Source of the DNA: Acetobacterium woodii DSM 1030
GTDB lineage: Bacteria; Bacillota; Clostridia; Eubacteriales; Eubacteriaceae
Direction: 5' to 3'
Length of the DNA stretch: 24,000 bases
Assembly (NCBI RefSeq): GCF_000247605.1
Contig: NC_016894.1
Coordinates: 1,515,732-1,539,731 of the forward strand
The position numbers and the translations under genes are program-made. The notes beneath the pieces were generated by a model. It worked only from the letters and a program-made list of their open reading frames with translations, made no database searches and was not told where the DNA came from. How positions within the stretch are numbered: position 1 is the first letter of the stretch; every line of letters begins with the position of its first letter. Positions 18,128 to 24,000 of this stretch are shown piece after piece.

Positions 18128-19867
18128 ATGCTGAGAAATCTCATTGTTAATGATTATGCTTTGATTGACCATTTAGCGGTGGATTTTGACCCCGGACTTA
18201 ATGTGATTACCGGGGAAACCGGAGCCGGAAAGTCGATTGTGATCGATGCTTTAACGCTGGTGCTGGGAAATCGCGGGAATAAAACAAATATTCGTCAGGG
18301 TAAAAATAAAATGACGGTCCAAGGACTCTTTGAAGTGGGAGAACAAACCCGCCTGATTGGGAAATGCCAGGAATTTGGCATCCCCATGGACGATGGTCAA
18401 TTAATTCTGATTCGCGAAATGGATGACCACGGCCGTAATATTTGTCGTGCCAATGGTTTAATTATAACGGTGGCCCAATTAAAAACAATTGGCGATGAAC
18501 TCATCGATATTCATGGTCAACATGAGCATCAATCGTTGTTTAAACGGGAAAATCATCGACAGTTAGTTGATGCTTTCGGGGGCGAAAAAAGTCGTAAATA
18601 CCTGGAACAGACGGCTACTTATGCGGCTGAAATCAAGCGCATCAAAGCACAGATTGATGAACTGGAAATAAATGAACGGGAATTGGAACGGGAAAAAGAA
18701 ACCCTGCAGTTCGAAATTCGTGAAATTGAAGCGGCAGCGTTGATTGTTGGCGAAGATGTGGAACTGGAAGAAGAAAAACGTATTTTAGAAAACAGAGAGC
18801 GGCTGTATTTTAATGTCAGTCGGGCCCATGAATTGCTAAGTGGCGAAAATGCCATCCAGAATCCGTTAATTGATACCATCGGAATATTGCTTGAAACAAT
18901 TGCCGAAATTGCTAAAATTGACAGTAATTTTGAGGCGAAACTCGAAAGTGTCAATGGCTTGTTTAGTGAAGCGGAAAGTCTTTCATTTGAATTGCGTTCT
19001 TATCTCGAAGATATGGAATATAACTTGGGTGATCAGGATGAAATTGAAACCAGACTGGCGTTGATCGCTAAACTAAAACGAAAGTATGGTCATGATATTA
19101 CGGAGATTCTTAATTATGCCGATGAAATAGGCCTGCGCTTGAAAAATCTATTAAATCGCGACGAAAGGTTGCAATCCAGTTATCAAGAATTAAGCGGCAT
19201 TCAAGATAAATATTATAAAATTAGTGATAACCTTTATAAATTGCGTTTAAAAACCGCCGGAGCCCTTAAAAAAGCTTTGGAAAAAGAATTAGGTGAGTTA
19301 GCGATGGAAAAGGTTCAAGTTGAAATCTCAGTTGAACATGACCCGAAACGGATTGCTGCCGCGGGACAAGATACCGTTGAGTTTTTAATTTCGGTTAATC
19401 CCGGGCAACAGCCAAAACCGCTGGGAAAAGTTGCTTCCGGTGGGGAAATATCAAGAATTATGCTGAGTTTAAAGAGTATTTTAGGGGGCTTGGATGGTAT
19501 TGAAACGATGGTTTTTGACGAAATCGATACCGGTATTAGTGGCCGAACCGCTCAGGTCGTGGCAGAAAAGATCCAGGCGCTCAGCGTGACCCCGCCAACG
19601 GGCCGACAAATTATCTGTATTACGCATCTGCCACAAATTGCTGCGATGGCAGATCAACATTATATGGTTGAAAAACGATCAATTAACGATACCGTCGAGG
19701 TTCGTTTTGTGCCACTGGACGAAAAGGGTAAAAAAGAGGAACTTTCACGGATGCTTGGCGGTGCTCAAGTTACGCAAAAAACCTTTGAACATGCTCAGGA
19801 AATGCTGGAACTAAGCCAAAACATAAAAAAATCAAAAAAAATTAAAGAGAGCAAAATATTATCTTAA
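18128..19867 (+). CDS. recN: DNA repair protein RecN
   Basis: MLRNLIVNDYALIDHLAVDFDPGLNVITGETGAGKSIVIDAL, DIHGQHEHQSL, ABC signature ASGGEISRIMLSLK, VFDEIDTGISG. Confidence 0.98.
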   Translation: MLRNLIVNDYALIDHLAVDFDPGLNVITGETGAGKSIVIDALTLVLGNRGNKTNIRQGKNKMTVQGLFEVGEQTRLIGKCQEFGIPMDDGQLILIREMDDHGRNICRANGLIITVAQLKTIGDELIDIHGQHEHQSLFKRENHRQLVDAFGGEKSRKYLEQTATYAAEIKRIKAQIDELEINERELEREKETLQFEIREIEAAALIVGEDVELEEEKRILENRERLYFNVSRAHELLSGENAIQNPLIDTIGILLETIAEIAKIDSNFEAKLESVNGLFSEAESLSFELRSYLEDMEYNLGDQDEIETRLALIAKLKRKYGHDITEILNYADEIGLRLKNLLNRDERLQSSYQELSGIQDKYYKISDNLYKLRLKTAGALKKALEKELGELAMEKVQVEISVEHDPKRIAAAGQDTVEFLISVNPGQQPKPLGKVASGGEISRIMLSLKSILGGLDGIETMVFDEIDTGISGRTAQVVAEKIQALSVTPPTGRQIICITHLPQIAAMADQHYMVEKRSINDTVEVRFVPLDEKGKKEELSRMLGGAQVTQKTFEHAQEMLELSQNIKKSKKIKESKILS

Positions 19868-19931
19868 CATTTCACGTGTTATTGGATAAAATAAAGATTG
19901 TTAAAAATATATTTATTTAAGGAGCTATAAA

Positions 19932-20501
19932 TTGGAAAGAACAGTACCAATAGGATTATCAAACAAGCACATTCATGTTTCACAGGCAGATTTAGAGGCG
20001 TTATTTGGCAAAGGTTACCAGTTAACACCAATGAAAGATTTATCTCAACCGGGACAATACGCAGCTGAAGAAAAAGTAGATATTGTCGGACCGAAAGGAA
20101 CTTTAAAAGGCGTTCGTATTTTAGGACCTGTTCGACCGGAAACACAATTGGAAGTTTCAATTGGTGACGGCTTTTGTTTAGGGATAAAAGCACCGCTTAG
20201 AAACTCAGGCGATATTGCCGGAACTCCAGGGGTAAAAATTATCGGACCAGCGGGAGAAATCGAAATTAAAGAAGGCGCAATTGTTGCGGCTCGTCATATT
20301 CATATGAGCACTGAAGAAGGCGCTGCTTACGGCTTAAAAGATAAGGACGTTGTTTGCGTTAAAATGGATGGCCCACGAGGTTTGACATTTGACAATGTAT
20401 TAGTTCGAGTCAGCCCGAATTTTAAACTGGATATGCATCTTGACGTTGAAGAAGGAAATGCTGCTGGGGCTAAAAACGGTCAAATCGCTACCATTCTGTA
20501 A
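19932..20501 (+). CDS. pduL: PduL-type phosphate propanoyl/acetyltransferase
   Basis: TTG start with AAGGAG RBS. VPIGLSNKHIHVSQADLEALFG, AARHIHMS, DMHLDVEEGNAAG. These are the characteristic conserved PduL histidine motifs. Confidence 0.93.
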   Translation: MERTVPIGLSNKHIHVSQADLEALFGKGYQLTPMKDLSQPGQYAAEEKVDIVGPKGTLKGVRILGPVRPETQLEVSIGDGFCLGIKAPLRNSGDIAGTPGVKIIGPAGEIEIKEGAIVAARHIHMSTEEGAAYGLKDKDVVCVKMDGPRGLTFDNVLVRVSPNFKLDMHLDVEEGNAAGAKNGQIATIL

Positions 20502-20503
20502 TA

Positions 20504-21292
20504 ATGATTGCACCTAACCCAATCGCATTTACCGCATTCGGTTTTGAAATAAGATGGTATGGGGTTTTAATTGCTTCAGCGCTTGTAATTGGACTATTGA
20601 TTGCGATCAGACGAGCACCTAAATATGGGCTTGATCCCGACTTCATTTTGGATTTCTTTTTGTATATGACGCCCGCGGTGATTATTGGAGCCCGGCTTTA
20701 TTATGTCTTATTCAGTTCTGATTTAGACGACTACCTGGCGCATCCGGCCGAAATTCTGGCCACCTGGCATGGCGGTCTGGCGATTCATGGTGGCATCATA
20801 GCCGGTGTAACAGTAGCACTCATTTTGTGTAAGGTTAAAAAGATCAGTTTTTTTGCTTTGGCCGATGTGATCATTCCGGGGTTGCCATTAGGACAAGCTA
20901 TTGGGCGATGGGGAAATTTTTTCAATCAGGAGGCTCATGGAGTCCAAACCGATTTACCATGGGCGATCACGGTAAATGACGCAACATTAGGGTTAATAAA
21001 AGTTCATCCGACTTTTTTATATGAATCAATTTGGGATTTTCTGATTTTTGGTTTTCTCTTTTTCTATGAGGATAAAATTAAAAAGGTTGATGGCGAGTTG
21101 TTGTTTGTCTATCTGGGGTTATACTCCATCGGGCGCTTTTTTATCGAAGGATTAAGAACCGATAGTCTGATGTTTATGGGACTGCGGGTAGCACAACTTC
21201 TTAGTTTGGCATTAGTGGCGGTTGGCGTTGGTGGCGTTTGGTATTTGCGTAAAAATAGTGTTCGTTTTAATAATTCATTAATTAAAAACTAA
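20504..21292 (+). CDS. lgt: Prolipoprotein diacylglyceryl transferase
   Basis: IRWYGVLIA, GARLYYVLF, WHGGLAIHGGIIAG, GRWGNFFNQEAHG, HPTFLYES. Confidence 0.97.
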   Translation: MIAPNPIAFTAFGFEIRWYGVLIASALVIGLLIAIRRAPKYGLDPDFILDFFLYMTPAVIIGARLYYVLFSSDLDDYLAHPAEILATWHGGLAIHGGIIAGVTVALILCKVKKISFFALADVIIPGLPLGQAIGRWGNFFNQEAHGVQTDLPWAITVNDATLGLIKVHPTFLYESIWDFLIFGFLFFYEDKIKKVDGELLFVYLGLYSIGRFFIEGLRTDSLMFMGLRVAQLLSLALVAVGVGGVWYLRKNSVRFNNSLIKN

Positions 21293-21294
21293 CA

Positions 21295-21315
21295 CGATCA
21301 TTTTAAAAATGATCG
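21295..21315. repeat. Hairpin (inverted repeat) downstream of lgt
   Basis: CGATCATTT-TAA-AAATGATCG. Confidence 0.6.
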
Positions 21316-21324
21316 TATAAAAAG

Positions 21325-21357
21325 AGACTGTCATTGATTTATGGCAGTCTTTTTTTT
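21325..21357 (+). terminator. Strong intrinsic terminator at the end of the recN-pduL-lgt group
   Basis: AGACTGTCAT-TGATTT-ATGGCAGTCT followed by a T run. Confidence 0.88.
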
Positions 21358-21432
21358 ATTCCCAGGATAATTTTATAAAAAAAGCTGTTTTGAGATACCT
21401 GGTGATGGTTTTTATTTTGATCTGTTATTCAA

Positions 21433-22959
21433 TTAAAACTGCTTAGTCATGCCACGATATTGAATCGCTTCCGATAAATGTGTGACAGAAATTGTGTCAG
21501 CGTCATCCAAATCGGCAATCGTTCGGGCCAGTTTTAAAATGCGATGGTAACCCCGGGCACTTAGTTTCATTTTGGTGTAGACTTTTTCCATCAGATTTTT
21601 TTCAGCCGCACCAAGTTGGCAAAAAATTTCCAATAGTTTAGGTGTAAGTTGGGCATTATAAAAAATATCCAGATCCTGATAACGTTTGTTTTGCCGTTCG
21701 CGGGCGGCATCAACCCGTTTTTTGATGGTTTGAGAGCTTTCGCCCTTTGGTTTGATCTGTAATTCGTCATAGCTAATGCTAGGAATTTCAATAAAGATAT
21801 CCAGCCGGTCCATTAGCGGGCCGGAGATTTTCCCCTGATAGTTTTTAATTTGCTGGGGGGTGCAAAGACATTCGTGGACAGGGTCAGTAAGATATCCACA
21901 AGGACAGGGATTCATTGAAGTAATTAAGGTAAAACTGGCCGGAAAGGTCAGGGAAGCATTAACCCGGGAAATTGTGACTTCCTGATCCTCCATTGGTTGG
22001 CGCAGTACTTCCAGTGCCGATTTTTGAAATTCAGGTAACTCATCAAGAAAAAGAACCCCTAAATGAGCCAGGGAAACTTCACCGGGTTTAGGAATCCGGC
22101 CGCCGCCAACTAATGACGTTTTAGAAATAGTATGATGAGGCGAACGAAAAGGTCGTTGATTCATGATGGCATTATTTTTTAACAGTCCGGAAATGCTGTG
22201 TATTTTAGTAATTTCAAGCGCTTCATCAATGGTTAGATCCGGCAGGATGGAAGAAAAACCTTTTGCCAACATCGTTTTACCGGAACCGGGTGGGCCGCTC
22301 ATCAGGACATTATGGCTACCGGCAGCGGCGATTTCAAGGGCGCGTTTGGCCAGATCCTGGCCACGAATATCAGAAAAATCAATGGCATGACTGCTTTTTT
22401 CAAGTGTCAGGATCGAACGGAGATCGACTTTAAAGGGTTCAATAATTAATTCGTTTTTTAAAAAAGCGGTTGCTTCATTAAAATCTTTGAGGGGGATAAC
22501 ATCAACATCCTGTACAACGGCCGCTTCATAGCGGTTGTCAAAGGGCACTAAAATATGTTTAATACCGGCTTCTTTTGCCGCCAGCACCATTGGCAATACG
22601 CCGTTGACACTACGGATCTCGCCGCTTAGCGATAATTCGCCAATAATCAGATAATCTTCGGGATGATCCCAGTTAAGCTGCTCTGAAGCGTTTAAAATAC
22701 CCAGTGCAATGGCCAGATCAAAAGCCGGGCCTTCCTTTTTTAGATCAGCCGGAGCAAGATTAATGGTGATCCGTTCCATCGGATATTTATAGCCATTATT
22801 TTTGATCGCGGAAAAAACACGATCCTTCGATTCCTTGATTCCGATGTCGGGCAGACCAACCAGTGAATATGTCGGCAAACCTCGGGAAATGTCAATTTCC
22901 ACAGTAATAATAACGCCGTTTACTCCCAATAACCCGCAACTTTTTAACTGTGATAACAT
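21433..22959 (-). CDS. comM: YifB/ComM family Mg-chelatase-like AAA ATPase
   Basis: MLSQLKSCGLLGVNGVIITVEIDISRGLPTYSLVGLPDIGIKESKDRVFSAIKN, SGPPGSGKTMLAKG, SLAHLGVLFLDELPEF, STFPASFTLITSMNPCPCG-type region, C-terminal RGYHRILKLARTIADL. Confidence 0.96.
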   Translation of the reverse strand: MLSQLKSCGLLGVNGVIITVEIDISRGLPTYSLVGLPDIGIKESKDRVFSAIKNNGYKYPMERITINLAPADLKKEGPAFDLAIALGILNASEQLNWDHPEDYLIIGELSLSGEIRSVNGVLPMVLAAKEAGIKHILVPFDNRYEAAVVQDVDVIPLKDFNEATAFLKNELIIEPFKVDLRSILTLEKSSHAIDFSDIRGQDLAKRALEIAAAGSHNVLMSGPPGSGKTMLAKGFSSILPDLTIDEALEITKIHSISGLLKNNAIMNQRPFRSPHHTISKTSLVGGGRIPKPGEVSLAHLGVLFLDELPEFQKSALEVLRQPMEDQEVTISRVNASLTFPASFTLITSMNPCPCGYLTDPVHECLCTPQQIKNYQGKISGPLMDRLDIFIEIPSISYDELQIKPKGESSQTIKKRVDAARERQNKRYQDLDIFYNAQLTPKLLEIFCQLGAAEKNLMEKVYTKMKLSARGYHRILKLARTIADLDDADTISVTHLSEAIQYRGMTKQF

Positions 22960-23077
22960 ATAAAGTTTACCTCCATTTTATTAAATGTATTATACAAGAA
23001 ATAAAGCTAAAAATATAGAGAAAATATTTAACTGATTTTCATAAAAAACAAGATTTTTTGGCTTTTGTTTACGGGTG

Positions 23078-23106
23078 AAAACTTAAAAACTATCGCTAAA
23101 ACTTAA
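23078..23106. repeat. Two 9-bp direct repeats AAAACTTAA spaced exactly 20 bp
   Basis: AAAACTTAA at 23078-23086 and 23098-23106. Confidence 0.55.
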
Positions 23107-23112
23107 CATATG

Positions 23113-23142
23113 TCAATTTGTTCAATAATAATTGCAAATTGA
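23113..23142. repeat. Operator-like inverted repeat upstream of the polysaccharide promoter
   Basis: TCAATTTG (23113-23120), 14 nt, CAAATTGA (23135-23142). Confidence 0.55.
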
Positions 23143-23173
23143 TAATTTAAATAGAAAATAAAACGCTTGACTA

Positions 23174-23202
23174 TTGCTATTATTGAGTACGGGGAGTATA
23201 AT
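23174..23202 (+). promoter_or_regulatory. Promoter of the polysaccharide biosynthesis operon
   Basis: TTGCTA (23174-23179), 17 nt spacer, TATAAT (23197-23202). Confidence 0.7.
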
Positions 23203-23300
23203 AAACAAAAATAATTAAAACACAAAACGTAAAAACGCAAAAAATACGAAAATAATCAAAACGATCGGCAGCAGTGCCAAAAACCGAGAGGGGATAATCG

Positions 23301-24000
23301 ATGCCTGATACGACAGATCAATTTGAAGATGAGTTTGAAATAGATTTGCTTAAGCTGATAAAAGCACTTTGGCATAAAGCCTGGTTAATTGTATTATTTG
23401 CTTTGTTAGGTGGCGGCTTGGTATTCATTTATACTTATTTCTATGTTGAACCACTTTATAAGTCAAGTGCTCAAATGTACGTTAATAATAGTTCTCTTTC
23501 TTTAGATTCCGCAGCCCTCAGTATCACAAGTGGTGATATTTCAGCCTCCAAAAGTCTCGTCCAAACATATATTGTCATTCTCAAATCCCGACAGGTGCTT
23601 GAAGAAATTATCAGAAAGGCCCAATTGGATTTAACCTATGAAGAGTTAAGTGCCATGATATCAGCCGGATCGGTTAGTTCAACGGAAGTTTTTGAAATTG
23701 TCGTGACCGATACCGATCCCTATCGCGCCGAAAAAATTGCCAATACCATTGCTGGCGTATTGCCTGAAAAAATCAGCAGTATTGTTGAAGGAAGCTCTGT
23801 CCGAATTGTTGACTACGCGGTAATTCCCGCGGCGAAAAGCAGCCCCAGTTTGATTAAAAATTCTTTAATAGGAGCTTTAGTTGGTGCTCTTATCTGTGCC
23901 GGTGTGATTATTGTCTTAGTCTTAAAGGACACCATCATCAGAGATTACGATTACCTGAATACCAGCTATGAAGACATCCCGTTACTGGCCATCGTCCCGG
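23301..24000 (+). CDS. Wzz/chain-length determinant (polysaccharide co-polymerase/tyrosine kinase modulator) protein, 3'-truncated by window edge
   Basis: Not in the supplied ORF track because it has no stop in the window. MPDTTDQFEDEFEIDLLKLIKALWHKAWLIVLFALLGGGLVFIYTYFYVEPLYKSSAQMYVNN..., second TM SPSLIKNSLIGALVGALICAGVIIVLVLKDT. Start has GAGAGGGG RBS. Confidence 0.9.
   Translation, partial: MPDTTDQFEDEFEIDLLKLIKALWHKAWLIVLFALLGGGLVFIYTYFYVEPLYKSSAQMYVNNSSLSLDSAALSITSGDISASKSLVQTYIVILKSRQVLEEIIRKAQLDLTYEELSAMISAGSVSSTEVFEIVVTDTDPYRAEKIANTIAGVLPEKISSIVEGSSVRIVDYAVIPAAKSSPSLIKNSLIGALVGALICAGVIIVLVLKDTIIRDYDYLNTSYEDIPLLAIVP

Noticed and set aside
19879-20193. Antisense ORF of 104 aa over the recN-pduL junction
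   Set aside because: Overlaps conserved pduL coding sequence; no recognisable domain.
23167-23202. TTGACT (23167-23172) as the -35 of the polysaccharide promoter
   Set aside because: Spacer to TATAAT would be 24 nt. TTGCTA at 23174 gives the optimal 17-nt spacing.

Overview
This is a compact bacterial chromosomal segment. Gene content and order suggest an acetogenic clostridium of the Eubacteriaceae/Acetobacterium type, which is inference. Almost everything is a housekeeping operon array on the + strand: radA(partial)-[ncRNA candidate]-ruvA-ruvB-queA-tgt-yajC-scfA-scfB-rho-rpmE-prmC-efp-CD1247-like-asp23-nusB-tsaD-like-xseA-xseB-ispA-tlyA-nadK-argR-recN-pduL-lgt. A convergent comM/yifB follows on the - strand, and the start of a Wzz-type polysaccharide gene runs off the right edge. 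I found no CRISPR, mobile element, rRNA, tRNA or obvious defence system. The observations most worth following up are: (1) an intergenic RNA candidate upstream of ruvA, closed by about 24 bp of long-range pairing and ending in an intrinsic terminator; (2) a Rho factor with two tandem, equal-length (68 aa) cold-shock/primary RNA-binding domains; (3) a six-cysteine SCIFF peptide absent from the supplied ORF track, separated from its radical-SAM maturase by a GCAA-capped attenuator-like hairpin; (4) a PduL-type phosphotransacylase in a recN/lgt context rather than a microcompartment operon; (5) repeat-rich promoter regions in front of rho and the polysaccharide operon.
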